From positions 1-58,320 of the forward strand of contig JAPLAV010000102.1 in assembly GCA_026393095.1 (NCBI GenBank): a stretch of DNA of 58,320 bases, in the 5' to 3' direction. This DNA is from Actinomycetota bacterium (GTDB lineage Bacteria > Actinomycetota > Actinomycetes > S36-B12 > UBA5976). Positions 33,975-45,019 of the stretch are shown here, piece by piece. How positions within the stretch are numbered: position 1 is the first letter of the stretch; each line of letters opens with the position of its first letter. The position numbers and the translations under genes are program-made. The notes under the pieces are model-generated. The model was not told the DNA's origin. It was given only the letters and a program-made list of their open reading frames with translations, and did no database searches.

Positions 33975-35162
33975 ATGGCGGCATTACCCGAGGGTGATTC
34001 AGCACCAAGTGATGGAAGATTACCTAATGTTGGCAATTTAAAAAACAAACCATTTTCTTTATATGTGCACGTGCCATATTGCTCAAAGAGATGCGGATAT
34101 TGCGACTTTAACACCTACACTCCATCAGAATTAGAGAGAGACGATCAGATAGATAGATGGCTTCAATCAGCAATAAAGGAAACAATTTTTGCTAGGAAAA
34201 TTCTAGGTGAAGAATTAACAGTCGATACCATCTTTTTTGGTGGAGGAACTCCATCTTTATTAGAAGCAAGTGTGGTCAAAGAATTTCTAAACAGTGTTTC
34301 AAAGCATTTTACATTAAAGAAAGATTTAGAGATAACCCTTGAGGCAAACCCAGACACCATTACTCAATCTAAAGCTGAAGATTGGCGAAAAGCAGGCATT
34401 AATCGAATCTCACTGGGTATGCAAAGTTCAGCAAAAAATGTATTACAAGTTCTTGATAGAACTCACAATCCCGCCAATGTTTTAACTTCAGTTGAAATAC
34501 TGAAAAAAGCTGGCTTTGAAAATTTCAGTCTTGATTTGATTTATGGAACACCTGGTGAAAGTCTTGAAGACTGGTCTAACACTCTTAAAGACGCTATTGC
34601 AATTAATCCACCCCATATTTCAGCGTATTCGTTAGTAATTGAACCTGGAACGAAAATGGGATCACAATTAAGTCGCGGAGAAATTAAAGCAGTTAGTGAT
34701 GATGATGCAGCAGATAAATATCAATTAGCAGAAGTAATGTTAACTGAGAATGGATATTTGTGGTATGAAATATCAAATTGGGCAAAAGAAAACAAAGAAT
34801 GCCAACATAATTTGAATTACTGGAAAGGCAATAATTGGTGGGGAATTGGACCAGGTGCCCACTCTCATATAAATGGTGTTCGTTGGTGGAACAAAAAGTT
34901 ACCCAAAAATTGGCGCGAAAGTTTAGATCAAGATCAAAGTCCAGCATTAGCCAGAGAAAACTTAACTAATGAACAAATAAGAAATGAAGAAGTAATGCTT
35001 TTAAGTCGATTAAAGACAGGTATAGATAAAGCTGATTTCGATCAAAAAAACGTTGAGAAATTAATTAAAGATAAATTAGTTAATGAGGTTTCTGGGAAAT
35101 TAGAGTTAACCCTCGAGGGGCGGCTCTTGGCTGATGTGGTTTTTAGGCAATTAACTGCCTAG
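33975..35162 (+). CDS. hemW: Radical SAM haem chaperone HemW (HemN-like)
   Basis: CxxxCxxC cluster motif in VPYCSKRCGYCDFN and a HemN C-terminal domain. It precedes hrcA as in other Actinobacteria. Confidence 0.9.
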   Translation: MAALPEGDSAPSDGRLPNVGNLKNKPFSLYVHVPYCSKRCGYCDFNTYTPSELERDDQIDRWLQSAIKETIFARKILGEELTVDTIFFGGGTPSLLEASVVKEFLNSVSKHFTLKKDLEITLEANPDTITQSKAEDWRKAGINRISLGMQSSAKNVLQVLDRTHNPANVLTSVEILKKAGFENFSLDLIYGTPGESLEDWSNTLKDAIAINPPHISAYSLVIEPGTKMGSQLSRGEIKAVSDDDAADKYQLAEVMLTENGYLWYEISNWAKENKECQHNLNYWKGNNWWGIGPGAHSHINGVRWWNKKLPKNWRESLDQDQSPALARENLTNEQIRNEEVMLLSRLKTGIDKADFDQKNVEKLIKDKLVNEVSGKLELTLEGRLLADVVFRQLTA

Positions 35163-35237
35163 TGCAAACGTAGTTTCTGCTGACATTTCTGCAGGATTTA
35201 TGAGTTGAATTCGCAGATTTATTGAAGAGCAAGTAAT

Positions 35238-35264
35238 CTAGCACTTAGAGGTTTTGAGTGCTAA
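35238..35264. promoter_or_regulatory. CIRCE operator (HrcA binding site)
   Basis: CTAGCACTT-N9-GAGTGCTAA compared with the consensus TTAGCACTC-N9-GAGTGCTAA. It lies 30 nt upstream of the hrcA start. Confidence 0.85.
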
Positions 35265-35293
35265 AGCTAATTATGAAACGGTGATTGCAAATA

Positions 35294-36307
35294 ATGGATG
35301 AACGTAAGTTCGCTGTTTTGAAAGCAATTATTGAAGACTATGTAACAACTCAGGAACCAATTGGCTCAAAAAGTCTTGTTGAAAGACATAGTTTAAAAGT
35401 ATCTCCAGCCACAGTAAGAAATGAAATGGCAGTTTTGGAAGATGAAGGCTACATAGTTCAACCTCATACCAGTGCTGGACGAATTCCAACCGATAAAGGT
35501 TATAGAACTTTCGTTAACAGATTAAATGAAGTTAGAGCTCTTTCCTCAGCTGAAAGTAAAGCAATCACTCAAGTCCTGCAAGGTGCAGTTGATCTAGACG
35601 ATGTCATGCAAAAGACAGTGAAACTGCTTGCCCAATTAACGGGTCAAGTTTCTGTAGTTCAATATCCAACTCTTTCAAATTCAGTTGTTAAACACATTGA
35701 TTTAATCGCAGTAACAGACTCTCGAATCATGATCGTATTAGTAGCTAATTCTGGTCGTCTGGAACAAGCAACTGTTGAACTATCAAAGCCTTTGACTTTG
35801 GAATCATTAGATTCACTGAGAATCAAGTTGAAATCAACAATTACTGATAAAAAGTTTTCAGAAGTAGCAAAACTCACTTCTGTGTTTTCAAAAACTGCAA
35901 ATCCAACTGAAATTAAAGCAATTGAATCAATTGTAGACAAAGTAAATTTCTTAACAAAAGAATCTGCAGATCAAAAAGTAATGGTTGGTGGTGCAGGTAA
36001 TTTAGCTAGATTAGAACCAGCTTTTAGCAAAAATCTACTTCCAGTACTTGATGAAATTGAAGAAAATGTAGTCGTGTTAAAACTGTTAGGCGAGATGGCA
36101 AGTACAGATGATATTTTTGTCAGAATTGGACACGAAAATAAAGCTTCTAATCTGCATTCAGCTTCGATTGTGGCAAGTGGTTACACCAGTGGAGATTCAC
36201 TTTCAAAACTAGGAATTGTTGGCCCAACTCGTATGGATTACCCGGGAACAATGGCTGCAGTAGGTGCAGTTGCTAGATATCTGGGACGAATTTTAGGAAA
36301 TAATTAA
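35294..36307 (+). CDS. hrcA: Heat-inducible transcription repressor HrcA
   Basis: [28 protein letters not shown] winged-helix N-terminus. CIRCE lies upstream and dnaJ downstream. Confidence 0.95.
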   Translation: MDERKFAVLKAIIEDYVTTQEPIGSKSLVERHSLKVSPATVRNEMAVLEDEGYIVQPHTSAGRIPTDKGYRTFVNRLNEVRALSSAESKAITQVLQGAVDLDDVMQKTVKLLAQLTGQVSVVQYPTLSNSVVKHIDLIAVTDSRIMIVLVANSGRLEQATVELSKPLTLESLDSLRIKLKSTITDKKFSEVAKLTSVFSKTANPTEIKAIESIVDKVNFLTKESADQKVMVGGAGNLARLEPAFSKNLLPVLDEIEENVVVLKLLGEMASTDDIFVRIGHENKASNLHSASIVASGYTSGDSLSKLGIVGPTRMDYPGTMAAVGAVARYLGRILGNN

Positions 36308-37425
36308 TGGCAAATGATTTTTATGACGTATTAGGTGTTGATAGTGAAGCAAGTGGTGAGGAAATTAAAAAAGCTTATAGAAAACTTGCCCGTGAACTTC
36401 ACCCTGATTTAAATCCAGATCCAGTAGCAGCCGAAAAATTCAAAGAGGTAACAACTGCTTATGAAACTTTAAGTGATGATCAAAAGCGCAGAATGTATGA
36501 CTTAGGTTTTTCTGGTAATGGTCCATCAGCAGGTGGATTTGGTTTTGGTGGATTGGGAGATTTTGTTGATGCATTCTTTGGTTCAACTCAACAAAGAGGT
36601 CCAAGATCTCGAACTAGACGTGGACAAGATGCATTAATTAGATTAGATATCGATTTATTAGAAGCATATTCAGGATTTAATAAAGATTTAACAGTTGAAA
36701 CAGCAGTGGTGTGCAATATCTGTAATGGTTCTTGTTGTGCTCCAGGAACTGCACCAAGTGTTTGTTCTATGTGTCGTGGACGCGGAGATGTTCAAGCAGT
36801 TCAAAGATCTTTACTCGGTCAAGTTGTTTCAAGTAGACCTTGTCCACAATGTTCAGGATTTGGAACAGTTTTACCAAGTCCTTGTTCTGAATGTTCAGGA
36901 GAAGGAAGAGTAAGAACTCGCGCAACTTTAAATGCACAAATACCAGCAGGTGTTGACACAGGAACAAGAGTTCAATTAGTTGGACGCGGTGAAGTAGGTC
37001 CTGGTGGTGGAGATCCAGGTGATTTGTATTTAGAGATAGTTGTGAAACAACATAAATCTTTACATCGTGTTGGCGATGATTTACAAAGCATCATCACAAT
37101 TCCAATGAGTTCAGCTTCTTTGGGTACAACATTTGAATTTAAAACATTAGATGCAACTGAACAAATAACTGTTAAACCAGGAACTCAATCTGGAACCGTG
37201 ATTTCTCTTAGAGGTCGAGGTATGCCTCGCTTGAGAAGAGAGGGACGTGGTGATTTACACATTGAAATCATTGTTCAAACTCCAACTGGCCTAAACGATG
37301 AACAAAAAGGTTTGATGAAGAAATTATCTGAATTACGCGGAGAAGATTCCCCTGTTGTTGAACCTGAAAAACTAAGTGATTCTGGATTGTTCAGCAAATT
37401 ACGAGACGCTTTTACTCGCCCTTAA
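36307..37425 (+). CDS. dnaJ: Molecular chaperone DnaJ
   Basis: J domain with the HPD motif ([11 protein letters not shown]), a G/F region and four CxxCxGxG zinc-finger repeats. Confidence 0.95.
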   Translation: MANDFYDVLGVDSEASGEEIKKAYRKLARELHPDLNPDPVAAEKFKEVTTAYETLSDDQKRRMYDLGFSGNGPSAGGFGFGGLGDFVDAFFGSTQQRGPRSRTRRGQDALIRLDIDLLEAYSGFNKDLTVETAVVCNICNGSCCAPGTAPSVCSMCRGRGDVQAVQRSLLGQVVSSRPCPQCSGFGTVLPSPCSECSGEGRVRTRATLNAQIPAGVDTGTRVQLVGRGEVGPGGGDPGDLYLEIVVKQHKSLHRVGDDLQSIITIPMSSASLGTTFEFKTLDATEQITVKPGTQSGTVISLRGRGMPRLRREGRGDLHIEIIVQTPTGLNDEQKGLMKKLSELRGEDSPVVEPEKLSDSGLFSKLRDAFTRP

Positions 37426-37427
37426 TC

Positions 37428-38162
37428 ATGGAACCAGCCTATTTTTTAGTTGCAACACCTGACTTAGATTCTCCTGTTTTCAACATCAAGGGAACAGAAG
37501 CTCATCATGCATTAAGAGTCAGACGAGTAAGGGAAAAAGAAAAACTTGTCGTTACTGATGGATTTGGGTTAGTTGCAGATGTGGAAGTATTGGCTGTTGG
37601 TCCTGGAGATCAAGTCACTGTAAAGGTTATTGGTAAAAAAACAAAAGCAAAGAAAAAACCCACAGTTTCTGTTGCCCAAGCATTAGCAAAAGGTGAAAGA
37701 TCTGATTTAGCAATTGAATCCTTAACAGAAGTTGGGGTTGACGAGATTATTCCTTGGCAGGCAAATCGTTGCATTGTGAAATGGGATGATAAGTCTGAAA
37801 AAGGTGTTGAAAAATGGAAACAAATCTCAAGAGAATCATCTAAGCAATCTAGGAGAGCGTTTTTTCCAGAAATCACAAATTGTTTAGATTCAAAGAAGTT
37901 AGTTGGAATTTTTAAGGATTATTCAAAAGTTATCGTGCTTGATCCGGATTCAACTGTGTTATTTACTAAATTAGTTGAACAAATAACAGAAGATGTTTTA
38001 TTAATTATTGGACCTGAAGGTGGCATAGAGGAAAATGAAATGCAACTATTTTCTGAAAATGGTGCGCTAACTGCATCTTTAGGTGAAACCATTCTTCGAA
38101 CCTCAACAGCTGGTGGAATTTCAGCAGCTATTTTACTTTCAAAAACTAGATGGATAAACTAA
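37428..38162 (+). CDS. rsmE: 16S rRNA (uracil1498-N3)-methyltransferase RsmE
   Basis: PUA-like N-terminus with HHALRVRR and a SPOUT C-terminus (IIGPEGGIEENE...LGETILRTSTA). Confidence 0.9.
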   Translation: MEPAYFLVATPDLDSPVFNIKGTEAHHALRVRRVREKEKLVVTDGFGLVADVEVLAVGPGDQVTVKVIGKKTKAKKKPTVSVAQALAKGERSDLAIESLTEVGVDEIIPWQANRCIVKWDDKSEKGVEKWKQISRESSKQSRRAFFPEITNCLDSKKLVGIFKDYSKVIVLDPDSTVLFTKLVEQITEDVLLIIGPEGGIEENEMQLFSENGALTASLGETILRTSTAGGISAAILLSKTRWIN

Positions 38163-38166
38163 GAAA

Positions 38167-38508
38167 ATGACAAATTGTTTGTTTTGCAAAATTGTTGCCG
38201 GGGAAATTCCCAGTGCCAACGTATTAGAAAATAGTGACTTCTTTGCCTTTAGAGACATCGATCCCAAAGCACCGGTTCATGTTTTAGTGATTACAAAAAA
38301 ACATTTTGAAGATATTGCTGAACTTTCAAAAAGTGACAACGTTTTGACAGCTGGTTTAATGAAATTTGCAACCGAAGTTGCAGAGATAGAAAAGCTAGAA
38401 AAAGGATTTAGAATTGTGCTTAATACCGGCCAAGAAGGCGGACAATCAGTACAACATGTTCATGCCCATGTCTTGGGTGGTCGTAGCCTCACCTGGCCAC
38501 CAGGCTAA
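38167..38508 (+). CDS. HIT family (Hint-like) nucleotide hydrolase
   Basis: CLFCKIVAGEIPS and the histidine triad HVHAHVLGG. Confidence 0.9.
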   Translation: MTNCLFCKIVAGEIPSANVLENSDFFAFRDIDPKAPVHVLVITKKHFEDIAELSKSDNVLTAGLMKFATEVAEIEKLEKGFRIVLNTGQEGGQSVQHVHAHVLGGRSLTWPPG

Positions 38509-38546
38509 TTAGACAAATTTACATAACTGAATACGATTAATAGACA

Positions 38547-39530
38547 ATGACAAGTATTAGTAGTGACTTCCAGTCTCGAATTGTTGTGCCTCCTTCTTTA
38601 TCAATGTCAGCACTTGTTGGCAGTAGTGATGAGTATTTAAGAACTATTGAAAATAGTTTTCCCAGAGTGGAATTGCATGTTCGAGGAAATGAAATTAATT
38701 TACTTGGACCAGCTGATGAAGTGAAATTGGCTAATCAACTTTTTTCTGAACTTATTACTGTTTTAAGAACAGGCCAAAGTTTGAGCGTTGAAACAGTGGA
38801 AAGATCTGTGGGAATGCTTAGAAGTGAAAGTGAAATTAGACCTAGTTCACTTTTGACAGCAGATATTCTCACCTCTCGCGGTAAATCAATTAGACCAAAA
38901 ACTGTAAACCAAAAAGCCTACGTTGACGCAATCGACAAACATACTGTTGTTTTTGGCATAGGTCCAGCAGGATCTGGAAAGACATATCTTGCAGTTGCCA
39001 AAGCAGTTCAAGCTTTGCAAGCAAAACAAGTTAACAGAATTGTTCTAACTAGACCGGCTGTAGAAGCAGGAGAACACTTAGGTTTTCTTCCAGGTACTTT
39101 ATCTGAAAAAATTGATCCGTATTTGCGACCACTTTATGACGCGCTGCAAGACATGATTGATCCTGACAAGATTCCTAAATTAATGACTAATGGATCAATT
39201 GAAGTGGCTCCACTTGCTTATATGCGAGGCAGAACATTAAATGATTCATTCATAATTCTTGACGAGGCTCAAAACACATCTCCTGAGCAGATGAAGATGT
39301 TCTTAACTCGATTAGGTTTTGGTTCAAGAATGGTAGTAACAGGTGATGTTACTCAAATTGATTTACCAAGTGGAACTAAGTCTGGATTAAAAGTGGTGCA
39401 GGACATCTTGCACGACGTCGACGATCTAGCTTTTATTCAGCTAAATTCTAAGGACGTAGTTCGTCATAAATTAGTAAGCAGAATTGTTGAAGCTTATGAA
39501 TCATGGGATTCTGCAAAAGAAATACGTTGA
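38547..39530 (+). CDS. phoH: PhoH-like ATPase (YbeZ)
   Basis: Walker [14 protein letters not shown] and ILDEAQN. It precedes ybeY. Confidence 0.92.
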   Translation: MTSISSDFQSRIVVPPSLSMSALVGSSDEYLRTIENSFPRVELHVRGNEINLLGPADEVKLANQLFSELITVLRTGQSLSVETVERSVGMLRSESEIRPSSLLTADILTSRGKSIRPKTVNQKAYVDAIDKHTVVFGIGPAGSGKTYLAVAKAVQALQAKQVNRIVLTRPAVEAGEHLGFLPGTLSEKIDPYLRPLYDALQDMIDPDKIPKLMTNGSIEVAPLAYMRGRTLNDSFIILDEAQNTSPEQMKMFLTRLGFGSRMVVTGDVTQIDLPSGTKSGLKVVQDILHDVDDLAFIQLNSKDVVRHKLVSRIVEAYESWDSAKEIR

Positions 39531-39544
39531 GGCTTAACTAATTA

Positions 39545-40000
39545 ATGATTGATGTTGATAATTCAAGTAGTTTTTCAATTGATGAAGTAAATGTTAAAAG
39601 TTATATCACTCAAATGTTGAAGTTTTTGAAAGTTAATACTAATTCAGATGTCTCAGTATTATTTGTAGACGAAGATGAAATGACAAAACAACATGTCCGC
39701 TGGATGAATGAACCAGGACCAACCGATGTGATGAGCTTTCCAATGGATGACATTGTGCTTCAAGATTCCAAACTTAGAAAAAAACAAGCAATTCTTGGAG
39801 ACATAATTATTTGTCCAGCAGTTGCGTTAAGGGATTCAAGAGAGCAAGGGATAAATCCCGCATATCACTTAGTTTTTTTACTTGCGCACGGAATTTTGCA
39901 CCTTTTAGGGCAAGATCACCAAGAAGTGTCACAACGAGTTGTGATGCAAAAACGTGAGCAAGGTATTATGAATTCCTTGAGGATATCCAAAAAAAGATGA
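39545..40000 (+). CDS. ybeY: rRNA maturation endoribonuclease YbeY
   Basis: Zinc motif HGILHLLGQDH. Confidence 0.92.
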   Translation: MIDVDNSSSFSIDEVNVKSYITQMLKFLKVNTNSDVSVLFVDEDEMTKQHVRWMNEPGPTDVMSFPMDDIVLQDSKLRKKQAILGDIIICPAVALRDSREQGINPAYHLVFLLAHGILHLLGQDHQEVSQRVVMQKREQGIMNSLRISKKR

Positions 40001-41280
40001 TCAACTTACCTATTTTTATTTTACTAGCAGCCATAGTCGAGATTCTTGCTGCATTTTTTATCGCAGGAAGAACTGCAATCTTAAAAACATCAGAATCCAG
40101 AGTTGAACAATTACGAAGAGAAGATATTAAAGGTATTGAAAAACTGCAAAAAGTAATCTCAGAAAAAGCAAAACACGTAGCAGTTTTACAACTTGTAGCA
40201 TTAGCGCTTACATCAGCCGGTGGAGTGTTATTAACTTTTGTGTTTATTGAATCAAATATAGATCTAAATTCTGCTTTAGTCTTTGCAATTATTGTGGTTT
40301 CTTTAGTTGGCTTTATCGTTTTAGGAGTAGCACCAGAAACACTTGGAAAACAAAAGTCTGATCGAATATCTCTAATCACTGCTCCTGTTACCTTAGCAAT
40401 CAAACCAATTATTTGGCCAATTGCAAAATTACTAGTTGCTGTTGGAAATGCATTAACTCCTGGCAAAGGATTCAAAGAAGGACCTTTTGCAACGGCTGAA
40501 GATTTGCGAGATTTAGTAGATCAGGCTGAAGAAGCTGATGTAATTGAAGACGAAGAAAGACAAATGATTCATTCAGTTTTCGAATTAGGTGACACTGTAG
40601 CCAGAGAAGTGATGGTTCCAAGAACTGAAATGGTGTGGATTGAAAAGGGTAAGACTTTGCGACAAGCAATATCACTTTCCCTTAGATCTGGGTATTCCAG
40701 AATTCCAGTAATTGGTGAGGATTCCGACGACATTGTTGGAGTTGTTTATTTAAAAGATATTTCTCGAAGAATTTTTGAAAATGCTGAAGCAGAAAGAACT
40801 GAATTAGTTGATAATTTAATGCGCGCTGCATATTTTGTGCCTGATAGTAAACCCGCTGATGAGTTATTAAGAGATATGCAGTCAGCCAGAGTTCATTTAG
40901 CAGTTGTGATTGATGAATATGGTGGCACTGCAGGTTTGGTTACCATTGAAGACATTTTGGAAGAAATCGTTGGTGAGATTGCTGATGAGTACGACACTCA
41001 TGCACCAGAAGTAAATGAGTTAGGACCAAATGTTTATCGAGTAAGTTCTCGCATCCACTTGGATGATTTAGCTGAATTAATTAATCTAAATCTTTCAAGT
41101 GATGACGAAGGTGTTGACACCCTTTCTGGTTATTTGGCTAAACAACTTGAACGAATTCCGATACCTGGTACATCAATAGTCATTGAAGGCTGGGAATTTG
41201 TTGCCGAAAGAGCAGCTGGCAGACGAAACAAAATTGGCACAATCTTGATCCGAAAAAGCGAATCTCCAGATTCTGAATAA
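39997..41280 (+). CDS. DUF21-CBS-CorC_HlyC membrane protein (hemolysin C / CorC family)
   Basis: N-terminal 4-TM DUF21, a tandem CBS pair (VMVPRTEMVWI, HLAVVIDEYGGTAGLVTIEDILEEIVGEI) and a CorC C-terminal domain. ATGA overlap with ybeY. Confidence 0.9.
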   Translation: MINLPIFILLAAIVEILAAFFIAGRTAILKTSESRVEQLRREDIKGIEKLQKVISEKAKHVAVLQLVALALTSAGGVLLTFVFIESNIDLNSALVFAIIVVSLVGFIVLGVAPETLGKQKSDRISLITAPVTLAIKPIIWPIAKLLVAVGNALTPGKGFKEGPFATAEDLRDLVDQAEEADVIEDEERQMIHSVFELGDTVAREVMVPRTEMVWIEKGKTLRQAISLSLRSGYSRIPVIGEDSDDIVGVVYLKDISRRIFENAEAERTELVDNLMRAAYFVPDSKPADELLRDMQSARVHLAVVIDEYGGTAGLVTIEDILEEIVGEIADEYDTHAPEVNELGPNVYRVSSRIHLDDLAELINLNLSSDDEGVDTLSGYLAKQLERIPIPGTSIVIEGWEFVAERAAGRRNKIGTILIRKSESPDSE

Positions 41281-41349
41281 TTCCAGCATTCTTGTCTACA
41301 AACTCTTGGCTAAAGAAATTTCCAAAAACCTATCTGCAACGATGTCTAT

Positions 41350-42267
41350 ATGAGTGAATTTCGAAGTGGTTTTGCCTGCGTCGTAGGACGACCAAATGTT
41401 GGCAAATCAACGCTAACTAATCAATTGGTTGGTGAGAAAATTGCAATCACTTCCAAGCGCCCTCAAACAACTAGGCACGCAATTAGAGGTTTAGTCCACA
41501 GAATTGATGGACAATTAATTCTTGTCGATACTCCCGGGGTACATAAACCAAAAACTCTTTTAGGTTCAAGACTCAATGACGTAGTTAGAGATACTTGGAG
41601 TGAAGTCGATGTCGCAATATTTTGTGTTCCAGCAGATCAAAAAATTGGTCCAGGAGATAAATACATCGCGCAAGAATTAAGCAGTGCAACCAGAAAACCA
41701 AAAATTGGGGTTGTCACAAAATTAGACTCAGCAAGTCAAGCAGACATAGCAGAAAGACTTATGGAGTTAGATGCACTAGGAAAAGAAACTGGTTGCGATT
41801 GGAAAGAAATAATTCCCATAAGTGCAAAAACTAGAGCTAACTTAGATGTTTTATTAGATTTAATAATTCCACTTTTACCTGAAGGCCCTGCTCTTTATCC
41901 CGCTGGTATTTTTACAGATGAACCCGTTGAAACCATGGTTGCAGAATTTATTCGTGAAGCGGCTTTAGATGATTTGAGAGAAGAGCTTCCACATTCATTA
42001 GCAGTGGTTGTGGAAAGCATTGAACCTGATGAAGAGAGATCTGCTGAAAGACCTTTGATGAGAATCAGAGCAAGTATTTACGTGGAAAGAGATAGTCAAA
42101 AGGGAATCATTATTGGTAACAAAGGCTCAAAGTTGAAAGAGATTGGCTCGATTTCAAGAAAGCAAATTGAAAAATTGATTGGAATGCAAGTCTTTCTAGA
42201 TCTCCATGTGAAAATTGCGCCTGAGTGGCAATCAGATCCTAAGGAACTTTCTAAACTAGGTTTCTAG
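41350..42267 (+). CDS. era: GTPase Era
   Basis: G1 GRPNVGKSTL, G3 DTPG and a C-terminal KH domain (IYVERDSQKGIIIGNKGSKLKEIG). Confidence 0.95.
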   Translation: MSEFRSGFACVVGRPNVGKSTLTNQLVGEKIAITSKRPQTTRHAIRGLVHRIDGQLILVDTPGVHKPKTLLGSRLNDVVRDTWSEVDVAIFCVPADQKIGPGDKYIAQELSSATRKPKIGVVTKLDSASQADIAERLMELDALGKETGCDWKEIIPISAKTRANLDVLLDLIIPLLPEGPALYPAGIFTDEPVETMVAEFIREAALDDLREELPHSLAVVVESIEPDEERSAERPLMRIRASIYVERDSQKGIIIGNKGSKLKEIGSISRKQIEKLIGMQVFLDLHVKIAPEWQSDPKELSKLGF

Positions 42268-43406
42268 GATTTAGTTTCAATACTGTGAAGCTCTGGTATT
42301 AATTCGTATCTTTTTCCGTAAGTTTGAATAATTGAAATAATTGCAGCAGCAATGGGCACACCAATTAGTGCTCCAATTGCCCCGAAGAATCCGGCAAACA
42401 CAATCACTGATGCAAAAGCCACGGCAGGATGAATATCCATGGTCAAGGAAGAAATTCTTGGGGTAAATAAGTAGTTCTCAATTTGTTGATAGATCAAAAC
42501 AAAGATAACCACAAATAATCCGTCTTTCGGATCATTTACTACCGCAACAATTGCAGGAATAACTCCACCAATATATGTTCCAACTGTTGGTACAAATTGA
42601 CTTACCAAACCAGTGAATAGGCCTAGAGGAAGCCAATATGGAACATCTAAGAAAAGTAAGAATACAGAAGTAAATACAGAATTTAATGCGGCAAGGATTA
42701 CTCGACTAATAACAAATCCACCTGTTTTATCTGTTGCAACTTGCCAAACAGTTGTAAAAATTACTTGTTGTTTAGAAGGTAACCAGCTTCCAATAGTTCT
42801 TTTGATCTTTGGAGCCTCGGCTGCAAAATAAAAGGCAAAAAGTAGCAGTGTGAAAATATTAAAGATAAATCCAAAAATACTTGAAACAACTCCAAATACT
42901 CCACCTGCTATATCTTGAGCAAAATTTGCAATTTGGGAATTAGAAATATTAAGTGATTGCTCTAATGAAGTTGCATCAATTTGCAAGTTAAATGAAGTAT
43001 TAATCCAGCCCACAAATCCTTGGATCAATGCAGGAAATTGTGTAATCAAACTTGCTAACTGTGAGCCAAGAAGTTGACCAAAAGATGCAATGAAAGCAAC
43101 AATTAGTGCAACTAAACCAAGGAGTACTACAAAAGTACTTAAGCCGCGCTTCATGCCACGTTTTGTCAGTATTTCAACAACTGGAGTTATAGCGATTCCC
43201 AGTAACCAGGCAAGTAACAGCAAGAAGAGAAAATCTTTACTCTTAGCAAAAGCCCATTCAACTAATTGAAAAGCAATGACAAGTGCTAAAACAGTAATCA
43301 CACTTCTTTGAATAAATCTGCGATTGACAGAGAAATCCCAACGACTTCCAGAAGCGCTTTTGCCCGAAATATCAGGAGTGTTTTCGCTATTTCCTTGACT
43401 ATTCAA
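42264..43406 (-). CDS. AI-2E family transporter (PerM-like permease)
   Basis: 380-aa polytopic membrane protein with AI-2E-type topology and a conserved C-terminal segment (IGALIGVPIAAAI). Confidence 0.82.
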   Translation of the reverse strand: MNSQGNSENTPDISGKSASGSRWDFSVNRRFIQRSVITVLALVIAFQLVEWAFAKSKDFLFLLLLAWLLGIAITPVVEILTKRGMKRGLSTFVVLLGLVALIVAFIASFGQLLGSQLASLITQFPALIQGFVGWINTSFNLQIDATSLEQSLNISNSQIANFAQDIAGGVFGVVSSIFGFIFNIFTLLLFAFYFAAEAPKIKRTIGSWLPSKQQVIFTTVWQVATDKTGGFVISRVILAALNSVFTSVFLLFLDVPYWLPLGLFTGLVSQFVPTVGTYIGGVIPAIVAVVNDPKDGLFVVIFVLIYQQIENYLFTPRISSLTMDIHPAVAFASVIVFAGFFGAIGALIGVPIAAAIISIIQTYGKRYELIPELHSIETKS

Positions 43407-43504
43407 ATAATCTCCTAGGTCTAATTAATAACTCTACTTAACTTGTTTCACCTTGTGGGTGTTGTGGTGGTAAAGGTCAGTTAAATTCCAGCAGAATTAG
43501 TCGT

Positions 43505-44233
43505 ATGCCTCAATACCGCGACGAAGGAATAGTGCTTCGAACCCAACGACTTGGGGAAGCCGACCGAATCGTGACGGTGCTAACCAGAAATAGTGGTCGA
43601 GTCAGAGCTGTAGCAAAGGGAGTTAGAAAAACGACTTCAAGATTTGGTGCCAGAGTTGAACCTTTTGGACACATCGATGCACACTTTCATATTGGAAAAT
43701 CGTTAGATATTTTGAGTCAAGTTGAATCTTTTTATTCCTATGGCGCAACGTTGTCACAAGATTATGCAAAGTGGACTGCAGGTCAAGCAATGCTAGAAAC
43801 AGCTGAGAGATTAACTCCTGAAGAAAAAGAACCAGCAACACAACAGTATTTATTATTAATCGGTGGGCTAAGAGCTTTAGTTAAAGATGATCATGACCCA
43901 AATTTAATTCTTGATTCTTATCTTTTACGTTCCCTTTCACTTGCTGGTTATTCACCTTCTTTTTATGAATGTGCACGTTGTGGAGCAGAAGGTCCGCATA
44001 GAGCATTTTCAGTAAGTGCTGGTGGAGCAACATGTGAAGAATGTCGACCACCAGGTTCAGTTGTACCTGCACCTGCCACAATTTCTTTAATGTCAGCACT
44101 AATTACCGGGGATTGGGAAACTGCTGACGCCTCAGAAATAAAGTTCAGACGAGAAGCAAGTGGCATTATTGCTGCATACTTACAATGGCATCTTGAACGA
44201 GGATTGAGATCTTTAAGAATGGTGGAAAGATAA
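43505..44233 (+). CDS. recO: DNA repair protein RecO
   Basis: OB-fold N-terminus (YRDEGIVLRTQRLGEADRIVTVLT) and a zinc motif CARCG...CEEC. Confidence 0.9.
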   Translation: MPQYRDEGIVLRTQRLGEADRIVTVLTRNSGRVRAVAKGVRKTTSRFGARVEPFGHIDAHFHIGKSLDILSQVESFYSYGATLSQDYAKWTAGQAMLETAERLTPEEKEPATQQYLLLIGGLRALVKDDHDPNLILDSYLLRSLSLAGYSPSFYECARCGAEGPHRAFSVSAGGATCEECRPPGSVVPAPATISLMSALITGDWETADASEIKFRREASGIIAAYLQWHLERGLRSLRMVER

Positions 44234-44236
44234 TTT

Positions 44237-45019
44237 ATGGCTAAAGCTAGAAAAAAGTTTCCGCCTGTACCAAGACATAAAAGCGGTGTTAAACCACCAG
44301 GAATTTCTTCAACTTTTGTACCAAATCACGTAGCAATTGTTATGGATGGCAATGGTCGTTGGGCCAAAGAAAGAGGATTGCCAAGAACTGCAGGACATGA
44401 AGCGGGTGAATTAGCACTACTTGATGCAGTTTATGGTGCATTAGAAATAGGGGTTAAGTATTTAACCGTTTATGCTTTCTCAACCGAGAATTGGAAACGA
44501 AGTCCCCAAGAAGTTAAATTCTTAATGAATTTCAATCGAGAAGTAATTCATCGCCGCGTTGAAGAAATGAACCAATATGGCATCAAAGTTCGCTGGTCAG
44601 GGAGAGAAGCAAGACTTTGGAAAAGCGTGCTTGATGAATTAAAGAAAGCTGAAAGAAAAACATCTAAGAATGATCAATTAACTCTGACAATGTGTGTTAA
44701 TTATGGGGGCAGAGCAGAAATTGCTGATGCCATGATTGAAATGGCTCAAGATGTAAAAGATAGGAAATTAAAGCCTGCTGCCATTACTGAGAAAAAGATC
44801 AAAAAGTATCTATACGAACCAACTCTGCCTGATGTGGATTTATTCTTAAGAACTTCAGGAGAACAAAGAACAAGTAATTTCTTGTTGTGGCAATCTGCTT
44901 ATGCGGAAATGGTTTTCATGGATGTTTTGTGGCCAGATTTTGATAGAAGACATCTATGGCAAGCAATAGAAATTTATGCCAAAAGAGAACGCCGCTTTGG
45001 GGACGCAAAACCTAATTAA
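44237..45019 (+). CDS. uppS: Isoprenyl (undecaprenyl/decaprenyl) diphosphate synthase
   Basis: HVAIVMDGNGRWA, YAFSTENWKR and RTSGEQRTSNFLLWQ. Confidence 0.93.
   Translation: MAKARKKFPPVPRHKSGVKPPGISSTFVPNHVAIVMDGNGRWAKERGLPRTAGHEAGELALLDAVYGALEIGVKYLTVYAFSTENWKRSPQEVKFLMNFNREVIHRRVEEMNQYGIKVRWSGREARLWKSVLDELKKAERKTSKNDQLTLTMCVNYGGRAEIADAMIEMAQDVKDRKLKPAAITEKKIKKYLYEPTLPDVDLFLRTSGEQRTSNFLLWQSAYAEMVFMDVLWPDFDRRHLWQAIEIYAKRERRFGDAKPN

Noticed and set aside
39966-40475. 169-aa minus-strand ORF
   Set aside because: It lies entirely antisense to the well-supported DUF21-CBS-CorC gene. It has a low-complexity composition and no RBS or family signature. It is a typical shadow ORF.
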